Of a DNA stretch of 64,000 nt, positions 32,562-42,321 are shown piece by piece. Source of the stretch: an uncultured Bifidobacterium sp. (GTDB lineage: Bacteria; Bacteroidota; Bacteroidia; UKL13-3); contig CAYTWI010000004.1 in assembly GCA_964442045.1 (NCBI GenBank), positions 2,273-66,272 on the forward strand, given 5' to 3'. The notes under the pieces are model-generated. The model did not search any database, had not been told where the DNA came from, and saw nothing but the letters and a program-made list of their open reading frames with translations. The translations under genes and the position numbers were made by a program. Within the stretch, counting starts at the first letter, position 1. The number at the start of each line of letters is the position of its first letter.

Positions 32562-33572
32562 ATGAACAATATCCTTAATACACTTACACACCAACAATTT
32601 GAAGAACTTTGCTTCGAATTAATTCATGCTTCCGACTTTAATAATATTCAATGGAGACAAGGTGGTGCTGATAAAGGTAGAGATATTCAAGCGTTGAAAA
32701 ACTCATCAAACAAAATAGTTGGAGACTTCACCGAAACTTGGTTTTTTGAGTGTAAAAGATATACAAATGGTGTTCCTCCTGAGCAACTAACTTCTAAAAT
32801 AACATGGGCTGATGCTGAAAAACCAAACCATCTTGTTTTCTTTATTTCTTCATACCTAACAACTTCTTGCAAAGATTGGATTGAAAAAACAAAACCTACA
32901 AAACCTTATAAAATCCATATTATAGAAGGTTCCGACATCATAAAAATTCTTGAAAACAATTCTAAAATTTATAGAAAATTCTTTCAATCAGATTACATCA
33001 TACAATTATTAGAAGAAGCTCAACGAAATTGGGTAATGCATAACTTCCTTGCAGAGATTTCTGTTCTTGGAACTATTCTTGAATCAAAATATCCAGTAGA
33101 AAAGTTTTCGACCAACGATCTAATTTTTATACTTTGTTCCTATTATTTCAATTACGATTATTTAATTAAAGCCAAAGATTATTTATGGGATTTTGATGAT
33201 TCAATGATTACAGAAATTTTAGATGAACTTAAAACAAGAGAAGGTTATTCAAAATCAATTATTAATCCAAATGATACTCTCCATGTAATTGCTGCTGAAG
33301 GATTTGCCGATGATGAAGTTATTGCTGGGCAAGATTTCAATGCATATTTGTTTCAAATAGAAGAAAATCATACTTTCAATATTTATGTCATTAAGAGAAT
33401 AGGAAATGATGCATTAGAGTTCTCTATACAAAAAACAACCTCACTTAATGCAAAGCACAGGTTAATTAAAAATTATAATTTAGATTATTACAAAAAGATG
33501 CTAGATATTTTTGAGAGCAAACCGAGTATAATAGAAAATATAATTAGATTTAATAGTAATATGTTTAAATAG
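32562..33572 (+). CDS. Restriction-endonuclease-like (Mrr_cat-type PD-(D/E)xK) N-terminal domain fused to an uncharacterised C-terminal domain; candidate defence nuclease
   Basis: 336 aa. The N-terminus …QWRQGGADKGRDIQAL…TWFFECKRY… matches the G-x-D-x-G-x-D … (D/E)-C-K-R-Y catalytic core of Mrr/NERD-type PD-(D/E)xK nucleases. Residues ~140-336 match no family I recognise. The gene is strikingly AT-rich (about 30% GC by eye) against about 40-45% flanks. Confidence 0.55.
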   Translation: MNNILNTLTHQQFEELCFELIHASDFNNIQWRQGGADKGRDIQALKNSSNKIVGDFTETWFFECKRYTNGVPPEQLTSKITWADAEKPNHLVFFISSYLTTSCKDWIEKTKPTKPYKIHIIEGSDIIKILENNSKIYRKFFQSDYIIQLLEEAQRNWVMHNFLAEISVLGTILESKYPVEKFSTNDLIFILCSYYFNYDYLIKAKDYLWDFDDSMITEILDELKTREGYSKSIINPNDTLHVIAAEGFADDEVIAGQDFNAYLFQIEENHTFNIYVIKRIGNDALEFSIQKTTSLNAKHRLIKNYNLDYYKKMLDIFESKPSIIENIIRFNSNMFK

Positions 33573-33628
33573 TTTGTTTATACAAAGCCTTTTCATATCT
33601 ATACTAAACTAATACTAAACAATCTCCA

Positions 33629-34321
33629 ATGACCACCAACGATACCAAACGACTTTCGCGGCTGACTGCTATTTTAACGCAATTGCAAACCAAACGTTTA
33701 ATAACAGCACCGGAGTTAGCCAATAAGTTTTCGGTAAGTATCAGAACTATTTACAGAGATATAAGGGCATTGGAGCAAGCAGGTGTTCCGGTTATAGCAG
33801 AAGAAGGCAAAGGTTATTCGCTGATGGAAGGTTATAAAATTCCACCCATAATGTTTACCGAAAACCAGGCCAATGCTTTAATACTGGCCGAGCAACTGGT
33901 GCTCAAAAACAAAGACGCCTCTTTTGTGAAAGATTATTCAGAAGCGATAGATATTATAAAAGCGGTATTAAAGCATAACGTAAAAGAAAAGGTAAACCTG
34001 CTGGCCGAACGTACCCGCTTTAGTCACAACAGCAGCAACGAAAGAAACAGCAATAATTTATCGGACCTGCAATATGCTTTGACTAATTATTGCTTAACAA
34101 AAATTGAATATACCAATGAAGCCCAGCAAACCAGCAGCCGATTCATTGAACCCTTTGCCTTATTAAGCACGCAGGAAAACTGGCTGCTGGTGGCATGGTG
34201 CCGCTTACGCAACGATTTCAGGTTTTTCCGTTTAGATAGAATAAAAAAAACAATCATTCAAAATGAAAAATTCACGCCACATAAAATGACCTTACAGGAA
34301 TATTTCGATAAATATCATTAG
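33629..34321 (+). CDS. WYL-domain transcriptional regulator (N-terminal HTH + WYL)
   Basis: 230 aa with an N-terminal DeoR/HTH_11-like …ITAPELANKFSVSIRTIYRDIRALEQAG… and a C-terminal …NWLLVAWCRLRNDFRFFRLDRI… WYL signature. Confidence 0.7.
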   Translation: MTTNDTKRLSRLTAILTQLQTKRLITAPELANKFSVSIRTIYRDIRALEQAGVPVIAEEGKGYSLMEGYKIPPIMFTENQANALILAEQLVLKNKDASFVKDYSEAIDIIKAVLKHNVKEKVNLLAERTRFSHNSSNERNSNNLSDLQYALTNYCLTKIEYTNEAQQTSSRFIEPFALLSTQENWLLVAWCRLRNDFRFFRLDRIKKTIIQNEKFTPHKMTLQEYFDKYH

Positions 34322-34395
34322 CGCATTTTTACCCCTGACATACCGCTGTCAGCACCCCTATTTAAGTTTGCTGAAACTTTAAACAATTAAAATTT

Positions 34396-34812
34396 ATGAT
34401 TCATTATTTTTCAGCTATCAATTGGGTAAGTGTTGTTATTGCATTTGCCGTTTATTGCATTCTGGGTGCTCTTTGGTTTACCCAATTCTTTAAAAAACCA
34501 TACGCCATATCATTGGGTAAGGAAAACCAATTACCAGAAAAACCCGCTCCTATTTTTATTATCGGCCCTGCCATTTGCTCCCTGCTTATTACCATAGCAA
34601 CAGCCTTATTAATGGTTGCACTTCACATTGAAACTTATCAAACAGCTATGGTATTTGCAGGCATAGTGGGTGTAGGTTATTTGTTTGCCAATACCGTTAA
34701 CATAGCTATTAACCCTAACATACCAAAGCCTATTCTGTATGGCATCATCAGTGGTATGTACCATTTGGTTTGTATTACACTGGTTTGTGTAATTATTGTT
34801 GCCATGCATTAA
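34396..34812 (+). CDS. DUF1761-like small membrane protein
   Basis: 138 aa with four TM helices. N-terminus …VSVVIAFAVYCILGALWF…. Confidence 0.45.
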   Translation: MIHYFSAINWVSVVIAFAVYCILGALWFTQFFKKPYAISLGKENQLPEKPAPIFIIGPAICSLLITIATALLMVALHIETYQTAMVFAGIVGVGYLFANTVNIAINPNIPKPILYGIISGMYHLVCITLVCVIIVAMH

Positions 34813-34858
34813 TAACATCCTGATAATTTTTATTTTATTTGATGTAATTTTTAAGCAA

Positions 34859-35431
34859 ATGAGCCCACAGGAACACGAAATGTTTTACCCGGAAAACAAG
34901 CAGGCATGGAGAAAATGGTTGCAGGAAAACCATGTAAGCCAACAATGGGTTTGGCTCATTTGCTACAAAATGAAATCGGGCAAACCCACGCTTTCCTGGA
35001 GCGATGCGGTAGACGAAGCCCTGTGTTTCGGCTGGATAGACAGTACACGCAAAACCATAGACCATGAAAAGTTTATTCAGTTCTTCGGCAAACGGAAACC
35101 GGGCAGCACCTGGTCGAAGGTGAATAAGGAAAAAGTGCAGAAGCTGATTGAGGAAGGTAGCATGACCCCTGCCGGTTTAAAATGTATTGAAGTAGCCACA
35201 CAAAATGGGTCGTGGACCATTTTAGATGATGTGGAAGACCTGACTATACCTAAGGCATTAGAGGCAGCTTTTAAAAAACACAAAGGCACCAAGGACCTTT
35301 TCCTCAGCTTAAGCAAATCGGCAAGAAAAATGATGTTGCACCGGATTGCCATGGCCAAACAGGATGACACCAAACAAAAACGCATTAACGAAATAATAAG
35401 CACACTGACAGCCCAAAAACTGAAAACCTAA
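34859..35431 (+). CDS. YdeI/OmpD-associated family protein
   Basis: …WRKWLQENH…WLICYKMKSGKPTLSWSDAVDEALCFGWIDS… matches the YdeI family. The first ATG in frame after the upstream gene's stop is at 34859. Confidence 0.6.
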   Translation: MSPQEHEMFYPENKQAWRKWLQENHVSQQWVWLICYKMKSGKPTLSWSDAVDEALCFGWIDSTRKTIDHEKFIQFFGKRKPGSTWSKVNKEKVQKLIEEGSMTPAGLKCIEVATQNGSWTILDDVEDLTIPKALEAAFKKHKGTKDLFLSLSKSARKMMLHRIAMAKQDDTKQKRINEIISTLTAQKLKT

Positions 35432-35545
35432 ACAGTTTTAATCATTAAATAACAACATCGGGAACAGTCGTTTTTTACCAGTAAAAAATGCCCTACATTC
35501 GCAGCTGAAAAACAAAGTTGTGTTCACACAATTATTGAAATAACT

Positions 35546-36010
35546 ATGAGTCAGCCAGATAAATTTGATATTGCCATCCTTACTATTCTTCAACAAAACT
35601 CAACCATTTCTGTAAAAGAGATTGCGGAAAAAATTGGCCTTTCAGCAACACCCACTTACGAACGTATAAGAAGGATGGAGCAGGACAAAGTAATAACTAA
35701 ATATGTAGCCTTGGTTGACAGGGAAAAAGTAGGTTTTAACCTGTTGGTGTATTGCAATATTGTTTTAAAGGAACAATCAAAAAAGGCTTTATTGAGTTTT
35801 GAAAATGTTGTTTTAAAAATTCCGGAAGTGCTTGAAGTAATCAGCATTTCAGGCACCTACGACTATATGCTTAAAATTGCAGCAAAGGATATTTCATCGT
35901 ACAATGATTTTGTGGTGAACGTAATTTCAAACATTCCAAACATTGGCCAATACCATAGCAGTATTGTTTTAAAGGAAGTGAAAAGAGAAACGGCTTACCC
36001 AGTTTTATAA
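35546..36010 (+). CDS. Lrp/AsnC family transcriptional regulator
   Basis: 154 aa with an N-terminal HTH (…LDKFDIAILTILQQNSTISVKEIAEKIGLSATPTYERIRRME…) and a C-terminal RAM domain. Confidence 0.8.
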   Translation: MSQPDKFDIAILTILQQNSTISVKEIAEKIGLSATPTYERIRRMEQDKVITKYVALVDREKVGFNLLVYCNIVLKEQSKKALLSFENVVLKIPEVLEVISISGTYDYMLKIAAKDISSYNDFVVNVISNIPNIGQYHSSIVLKEVKRETAYPVL

Positions 36011-37330
36011 GTTCGGCTTTTTTAAAATTTTAGCTAAAACCGTTTTAAACTCCCTTACAATTTTATCATTGCATAAATTACCCATACTGCCTTCATGTGT
36101 ATGGTTTATTTGTTTTGATGGTTCATAATGCCCCGCTCCTATTTTTGAAGCTACGTTTTTATAAGCATCTCTAAAGGGCACTCCACTTGTTACTTCTTTA
36201 TTCACCTCTTCTACGCTGTAAAGCAAATTGTATTGATTGTCATCCAGAATACTTTGTTTCACTTCTATATGCTCCAGCATAAAAACGGTCATTTTTAAAC
36301 AGTTTATTAATTCATCAATAGCAGGAAACAAACACTCTTTTGTCAGCTGCCAATCGCGGTGATAGCCTGATGGCAAATTATTGATTAATAAAGTAAGTTC
36401 GTTTGGCAATGCCTGAATACGGTTGCATTTGGCCCTGATTAATTCAAATACATCCGGGTTTTTTTTGTGAGGCATAATACTACTACCGGTGGTTAATGAA
36501 TCGGGAAAAGAAATAAAAGCAAATTGCTGGTTCATGTATAAGCATACATCATACGCAAACTTTGAAAGGGTGGCGGCTATGTTTGCCATAGCCATGGCTA
36601 CTATCTTTTCTGTTTTACCCCTGCTCATCTGTGCATAAACAACATTGTAATTCATGGTTTCAAATTCCATTAACCGGGTAGTAAGTGTTCGGTTAATAGG
36701 AAACGAAGACCCATAACCGGCCCCTGAACCCAATGGGTTTTTATTGCAAACGTTAAAGGCCGCAGCCAGCACTTCCAGATCATCAGTTAACGATTCAGCA
36801 TAAGCCGAAAACCACAATCCAAAAGAGGAAGGCATAGCTAACTGAAAATGTGTATAGCCCGGTAAATATTTTTCTTTGTGGGTTTCACTTAAATCAATCA
36901 ATGATTTAAAAAGCTGCTCCGTATCTTGCGCTATAGCTATAAGCTGGTGTCTGAGAAATAATTTTATATCCAGTAATACCTGGTCGTTTCTTGACCTTGC
37001 ACTGTGAATTTTTTTTCCTCCTTCGCCAATCCTTTCTGTCAATAAAAATTCAATTTGCGAATGCACATCTTCTACTCCTGCTTCAATTGTAAACTTACCC
37101 AGTTTTATTTCCTGCAGTATATCCCTTAATGTTTGATCAATTAACGTCCATTCTTCTTTGGTGAGCAAGCCCACTGTTTCCAGCATTTCGGCATGAGCCA
37201 AAGAGCCTATTACATCAAATTTTGCCAGTTGCATATCAAATGCCTTGTCGTTGCCAACAGTAAATTTTTCTATTATTTCAGCATGATCCTGAAATAATAA
37301 GTCGTCTTTTTGCCAGATTTTTTTAGTCAT
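36005..37330 (-). CDS. argH: Argininosuccinate lyase
   Basis: 441 aa fumarate-lyase superfamily with …GSSIMPHKKNPDVFE… and an ASL-specific N-terminus. Confidence 0.9.
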   Translation of the reverse strand: MTKKIWQKDDLLFQDHAEIIEKFTVGNDKAFDMQLAKFDVIGSLAHAEMLETVGLLTKEEWTLIDQTLRDILQEIKLGKFTIEAGVEDVHSQIEFLLTERIGEGGKKIHSARSRNDQVLLDIKLFLRHQLIAIAQDTEQLFKSLIDLSETHKEKYLPGYTHFQLAMPSSFGLWFSAYAESLTDDLEVLAAAFNVCNKNPLGSGAGYGSSFPINRTLTTRLMEFETMNYNVVYAQMSRGKTEKIVAMAMANIAATLSKFAYDVCLYMNQQFAFISFPDSLTTGSSIMPHKKNPDVFELIRAKCNRIQALPNELTLLINNLPSGYHRDWQLTKECLFPAIDELINCLKMTVFMLEHIEVKQSILDDNQYNLLYSVEEVNKEVTSGVPFRDAYKNVASKIGAGHYEPSKQINHTHEGSMGNLCNDKIVREFKTVLAKILKKPNL

Positions 37331-37333
37331 TTT

Positions 37334-38425
37334 TTATAACAGTTTAGAAAGCATTTTTATATACAGGTCAATCCCTTCATTTATTTCATATATAAAAATA
37401 AACTCGTTACTGCTGTGTGAGCGCAATGAATTGCCGGGGCCTATTTTTACGGAAGGAAAATTCATGACTGCCATATCGGAAGTTGTAGGGGAACCATAAG
37501 TTAATTTACCTAAACCAATACCCGCTTGTACAAAGGGGTGTTGCAGTGGTATTGATGAGGGGTTTAAGCGCATGGAACGTGGCGACACAGTACTTGAAAT
37601 ATGTTGTTGTATTATATCCAGCACTTCGCGGTTGCTGTAAACATCAGTTGTTCTTATATCAACGGTAAAATCACATCTGTCCGGAACCATATTGTGTTGA
37701 ATGCCCGATTTAATCATGGTAACATTCATATTTACTTTACCCAACATTTCAGAAACTTTAGGAAAGCGGAAAGTACTTAACCAGGCTATGTCTTTTAAAG
37801 CATTTACAATAGCGTTATCCGGATTATTATGTGCAACATGTGCAGCAGTACCCTGCGCTATGCAATCAATCACCAACAAGCCTTTTTCGGCAATGGCTAT
37901 GTTCATTTCGGTTGGCTCTCCAACAATGGCAAAATCAATTTCACCCAGTTCATCCAAAACAGATGATACTCCGTTTATGCCTGAAATTTCTTCTTCGGCT
38001 GTTGCTGAAAAAATAAAATTATATTGTAAGTTTTCTTGCTTGTAAAAGTAAAGAAAGGCAGCCAGCAAACTGACCAATGCACCACCTGCATCATTGCTAC
38101 CCAGACCAAATAACTTACCATCTTGCTCTATAGGTTCAAAAGGATTTAAAGTATAACCTGAATTGGGTTTAACGGTATCGTGGTGCGAGTTTAAAAGAAT
38201 GGTAGGCAATTGCGCATTATAGTATTTGTTCTTTGCCCAAACATTATTGCCTTTCCGAAATACGGTTATTTCCTTTTGTTGTAAATACGCTGCTATCAAA
38301 TCAGCCGATACATTTTCCGCTTTGCTAAAGGAAGGAACAGCTATTAACTGTTTCAGCAAATCAATGGCTTCATGCTTTAATACATCGGCATAAACTTTAT
38401 TATACAATAAGACTTGTTCCGACAT
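37334..38425 (-). CDS. argE: M20-family metallopeptidase, acetylornithine deacetylase-like
   Basis: 363 aa with M20 zinc-binding motifs (…NSHHDTV…, …GSNDAGGA…, …EEEISG…). It sits inside the arginine operon. Confidence 0.7.
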   Translation of the reverse strand: MSEQVLLYNKVYADVLKHEAIDLLKQLIAVPSFSKAENVSADLIAAYLQQKEITVFRKGNNVWAKNKYYNAQLPTILLNSHHDTVKPNSGYTLNPFEPIEQDGKLFGLGSNDAGGALVSLLAAFLYFYKQENLQYNFIFSATAEEEISGINGVSSVLDELGEIDFAIVGEPTEMNIAIAEKGLLVIDCIAQGTAAHVAHNNPDNAIVNALKDIAWLSTFRFPKVSEMLGKVNMNVTMIKSGIQHNMVPDRCDFTVDIRTTDVYSNREVLDIIQQHISSTVSPRSMRLNPSSIPLQHPFVQAGIGLGKLTYGSPTTSDMAVMNFPSVKIGPGNSLRSHSSNEFIFIYEINEGIDLYIKMLSKLL

Positions 38426-39194
38426 TTTTATGATTAGCTATTACGTTTAAAATATCATCGGCATGTAAAACAGCCACTGAATGTACACCATTTTTCAGTG
38501 CAGCAAAAGCAGTATCTAATTTCGGTATCATACCTTTGGAAACCATTTTATCCTTTAGCATTTGTTCGTATTTAACAGTTGAAATACTTGGTATCACAGA
38601 ACTATCATCATCTATATTGCTCATTACGCCCTTTTTCTCAAAGCAATAATTCAAATGTACTTTATACTTAGCCGACATGGCAATGGCCAATGCGCTGGCC
38701 AAAGTATCAGCATTGGTATTTAACAGTTGTCCGTTTTTATCATGCGTTATGGAGCAAAATACCGGGAGCATATTTATTTCAAGCAGGGTTGAAATAAAGG
38801 AAGTATTGATGCCCCCTTCTTCAATATCGCCCACCCATCCAAAATCGTATTTGGCATGGGTTCTTTTTTTGGCTCTTATACAATTGTTATCTGCACCTGA
38901 AAGACCAATTGCATTGCTCGAGTTGGCTTGTAACAAGGCCACCATTTTTTTATTAATCAATCCTGCATAAACCATGGTGGCTAAGTCCAGCGTACTGGCA
39001 TCAGTAATTCGTCTGCCCTCTACCATATGTTGCTCAACACCTAATTTAAAAGCCAATTCATCAACCAGTTTACCGCCACCGTGCACAATAATTTTTCTGC
39101 CCTTAATGCCTGAAACCATCGAAAGCATATGCTTAAGTTTAAGTTCATGGTTAATAATATTTCCACCTATTTTAATGATGTAGAGTGTTTGCAT
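38400..39194 (-). CDS. argB: Acetylglutamate kinase
   Basis: 264 aa amino-acid kinase fold with an N-terminus …IIKIGGNII… and …IVHGGG…. Confidence 0.85.
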   Translation of the reverse strand: MQTLYIIKIGGNIINHELKLKHMLSMVSGIKGRKIIVHGGGKLVDELAFKLGVEQHMVEGRRITDASTLDLATMVYAGLINKKMVALLQANSSNAIGLSGADNNCIRAKKRTHAKYDFGWVGDIEEGGINTSFISTLLEINMLPVFCSITHDKNGQLLNTNADTLASALAIAMSAKYKVHLNYCFEKKGVMSNIDDDSSVIPSISTVKYEQMLKDKMVSKGMIPKLDTAFAALKNGVHSVAVLHADDILNVIANHKNVGTSLIV

Positions 39195-39209
39195 AGCTTT
39201 TGGATATGA

Positions 39210-40166
39210 TTAGTTAAAATTACTTTCGATTACTTTTTTTAACACTGCCTGTGCTGCAAACAATCGGTTATTAGCCTGTTCAAGCACCAATGAATTTTTT
39301 CCGTCTAACAGTTCATCCGTTAATTCTACATTTCTGCGAACCGGCAGGCAATGCATAATTTTTGCATTGTTGCTTACAGCCAGGCTTTGTTCATGGAGTA
39401 ACCAGTCATTTGCTGTTGGAAGCATTTGTCCATATTCATGATAAGAAGACCAGTTTTTCACATACACAAAATCAGCATTTTGTAAAGCTTCTGTTTGATT
39501 ATAACATATTTGTGCACCCTTTGTAAATGACCCATCCAGCTCGTATCCGTGGGGATGTGTAATCACAAAATCAACTCCGGCATTGCACATCCATTCACTA
39601 AAAGAATTAGCTACTGCCTGTGGCAATGGTTTAATATGCGGAGCCCAGGTTAATACCACTTTGGGCTTGTATTCCTTTTTCCAGTGTTCTGTTATTGTTA
39701 TTAAATCGGCAAAACTTTGTAAGGGATGACGGGTAGCTGATTCCAAAGAAATAACAGGCACTGAACAATACTTCATAAACTGCTTCAATACTTTTTCATT
39801 GTAATCATCATCCCTGTTTACCAGAGAAGGAAAACAACGAATGCCAACTATATCGCAATACTGACTCAGCACGGCTGCTGCATCTTTAATATGCTCCACT
39901 TTATCACCATTCATAATGGCTTCCTCTTCAAACTCCCAGGCCCAGCTTTCGGCATTTACATTTAATACTATAACCTGTAAACCCAGATTTGCAGCTGCCT
40001 TTTGCGTACTTAAACGTGTTCTTAAACTTGCATTTAAAAAAACAAGACCTAATGTTTTGTTTTTACCCAAGGCATTAAACTGCATTGGGTTTTCTTTCAA
40101 TAACAATGCTTCCTGCAATAATTCGCTTATATTTTCTACATCATAAAAAGAGGTAAAGTTTTTCAT
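39210..40166 (-). CDS. argF': N-acetylornithine carbamoyltransferase (Bacteroidota-type ArgF')
   Basis: 318 aa transcarbamylase fold (…SLRTR…, …HCLP…) in an acetylated arginine pathway operon. Confidence 0.75.
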   Translation of the reverse strand: MKNFTSFYDVENISELLQEALLLKENPMQFNALGKNKTLGLVFLNASLRTRLSTQKAAANLGLQVIVLNVNAESWAWEFEEEAIMNGDKVEHIKDAAAVLSQYCDIVGIRCFPSLVNRDDDYNEKVLKQFMKYCSVPVISLESATRHPLQSFADLITITEHWKKEYKPKVVLTWAPHIKPLPQAVANSFSEWMCNAGVDFVITHPHGYELDGSFTKGAQICYNQTEALQNADFVYVKNWSSYHEYGQMLPTANDWLLHEQSLAVSNNAKIMHCLPVRRNVELTDELLDGKNSLVLEQANNRLFAAQAVLKKVIESNFN

Positions 40167-40188
40167 GTATTCAATTCTTATTTTATAA

Positions 40189-41334
40189 TTAAGCGTGCTG
40201 CAATTGTTTACTCATTACACGCTTAAATGCCTCTAAAAAAATATCGGCCTCCTGTTTAGTAATATTCAGTGCAGGTAAAATGCGTAAGGTATTTTTGTTG
40301 GCTGATGAACCGGTAAATATTTTATGCTGCATTAGCAATTCATTTCTGATAGCCGCACAGGGTACTTCCAACTCTATTCCAATCATTAAACCCACGCCTC
40401 TTACTTCTTTAATACCTGCTGTTTCCTTTAATGCCTGTACTAAATACCGGCCCATATTCCGTGCATTCTCCACCAGGTTTTCCTGTTTCATTATATCGAG
40501 CACAGCAATAGCCGCCACACAGGCTAAGTAGTTGCCACCAAAGGTTGTTCCCAACATGCCGGGTTTGGCTTTAATAGCAGGATGAATTAATACACCGGCC
40601 ACAGGAAAACCATTACCCATACCTTTTGCAATGGTTATTATATCAGGTTTTACATAAGCATATTGATGCGCAAAAAATTGACCACTGCGCCCGTAGCCTG
40701 ATTGTATCTCATCGCAAATCATTAAGGCGCCCCACTTTTCGCACAATGACTTTATTTTTTGCAGAAACAACAGCGAGGGAATGTTAACTCCACCAACACC
40801 CTGAATTCCTTCAATAATGACAGCCGCAATTTCATGATTCAAAAAAACCTGATTCAATGCCTCCGTATTATTCCACTCACAAAAAACAATGTTGTCTGTT
40901 TCGTTTACGGGCGCTATAATAGACTTATCGTCTGTTGCAGCTACAGCAGCTGATGTACGGCCATGAAACGATTGGGAGAAAGCAACTATTTTTCTTTTTC
41001 CGGTATGAAACGAGGCCAGTTTAAAAGCATTCTCATTAGCCTCCGCACCCGAGTTACACATAAACAAATGGTAATCATTATAACCACTTTGCTCGCCTAA
41101 TTTTTGAGCCAGCTCTTGCTGCAAGGGAATTTTTACTGAATTAGAGTAAAAGCCTATTTGCTGTAATTGGGTGCTGATTTTTTCAATATAATAAGGGTGT
41201 GAATGACCAATAGAAATAACAGCATGGCCACCATATAAATCTAAATACTTCTCCCCTTTTTCATCCCATATATAAATGCCTTCCGCCCTTACCGGAACAA
41301 TATCAAACAGTGGATAAACATTAAATAATTCCAT
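40189..41334 (-). CDS. argD: Acetylornithine aminotransferase (class III PLP aminotransferase)
   Basis: 381 aa with …LMICDEIQSGYGRSG… and the Lys of …TIAKGMGNG…. Confidence 0.85.
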   Translation of the reverse strand: MELFNVYPLFDIVPVRAEGIYIWDEKGEKYLDLYGGHAVISIGHSHPYYIEKISTQLQQIGFYSNSVKIPLQQELAQKLGEQSGYNDYHLFMCNSGAEANENAFKLASFHTGKRKIVAFSQSFHGRTSAAVAATDDKSIIAPVNETDNIVFCEWNNTEALNQVFLNHEIAAVIIEGIQGVGGVNIPSLLFLQKIKSLCEKWGALMICDEIQSGYGRSGQFFAHQYAYVKPDIITIAKGMGNGFPVAGVLIHPAIKAKPGMLGTTFGGNYLACVAAIAVLDIMKQENLVENARNMGRYLVQALKETAGIKEVRGVGLMIGIELEVPCAAIRNELLMQHKIFTGSSANKNTLRILPALNITKQEADIFLEAFKRVMSKQLQHA

Positions 41335-41337
41335 ATA

Positions 41338-42321
41338 CTAAAATGCGGTGGCTTTTAATTTTAAACCTGTTGTTTCTGCCAACCCAAATAACAGATTCAT
41401 GTTTTGTACGGCTTGTCCTGAGGCACCTTTCAACAGGTTATCAATAACGCTTGCTATTAATAATTTGTTACCATGCTTTTCTATATGCAGTAAACACTTA
41501 TTGGTGTTCACCACTTGCTTTAAATCAATATTATCTTTACTGATAAAAACAAAAGGATGCTCCGCGTAAAAATTTTCATATAGGGCAATAGCCTCTTCAA
41601 TATCCATATCACAATCCAGGTAACAGCTTGCAAAAATTCCTCTGGCAAAACTGCCTCGCTGCGGAATAAAGTGTATGTTATTGTCAAACCCGTTTTGCAG
41701 TTGCTTAATGCTTTGTTTTATTTCGTGCAAATGCTGGTGTTCAAAGGGCTTATAAAAAGAAAGGTTATTGTTTCGCCAGCTGTAATGCGATGTAGTACTT
41801 AATGTTTGTCCTGCACCCGTTGTGCCTGTTGTGGCAGAAACATGTATGGCGCTTTTAAGTAATTTGCTTTTTGCCAAAGGGAGCAATGCCAGTTGAATAC
41901 AAGTGGCAAAGCAACCCGGATTGGCAACGAATTGAGCCGCTTTAATTACATCGCGATTCAATTCAGGTAAACCATATACAAACAAACTAACGGTTTTCAA
42001 TACAATATCTTTTAATCTAAAATCAGCACTCAAATCAATTATCTTAATGGTATCAGCTATTTTATTTTCATCCAGCCATTTTTTTGCTTCGCCATGAGCC
42101 ACACATAAAAAAAGCACCTCTATATTTTGCGATATAGTATCAGAAAATTTTAAATCGGTGTCACCAATTAAATCAGTATGTATTTCATATATAAACTTGT
42201 GGCTATTGCTTTTACTGTGTACAAAAGCAATTTCAGCCCCGCTATGGTTAAGCAGTAAACGAATTAACTCACCACCCGTATAACCGGCTCCGCCAATAAT
42301 TCCAACCTTTATTTTTTTCAT
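41338..42321 (-). CDS. argC: N-acetyl-gamma-glutamyl-phosphate reductase
   Basis: 327 aa with an N-terminus …VGIIGGAGYTGGELIRLL… and the catalytic Cys context …NPGCFAT…. Confidence 0.9.
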   Translation of the reverse strand: MKKIKVGIIGGAGYTGGELIRLLLNHSGAEIAFVHSKSNSHKFIYEIHTDLIGDTDLKFSDTISQNIEVLFLCVAHGEAKKWLDENKIADTIKIIDLSADFRLKDIVLKTVSLFVYGLPELNRDVIKAAQFVANPGCFATCIQLALLPLAKSKLLKSAIHVSATTGTTGAGQTLSTTSHYSWRNNNLSFYKPFEHQHLHEIKQSIKQLQNGFDNNIHFIPQRGSFARGIFASCYLDCDMDIEEAIALYENFYAEHPFVFISKDNIDLKQVVNTNKCLLHIEKHGNKLLIASVIDNLLKGASGQAVQNMNLLFGLAETTGLKLKATAF

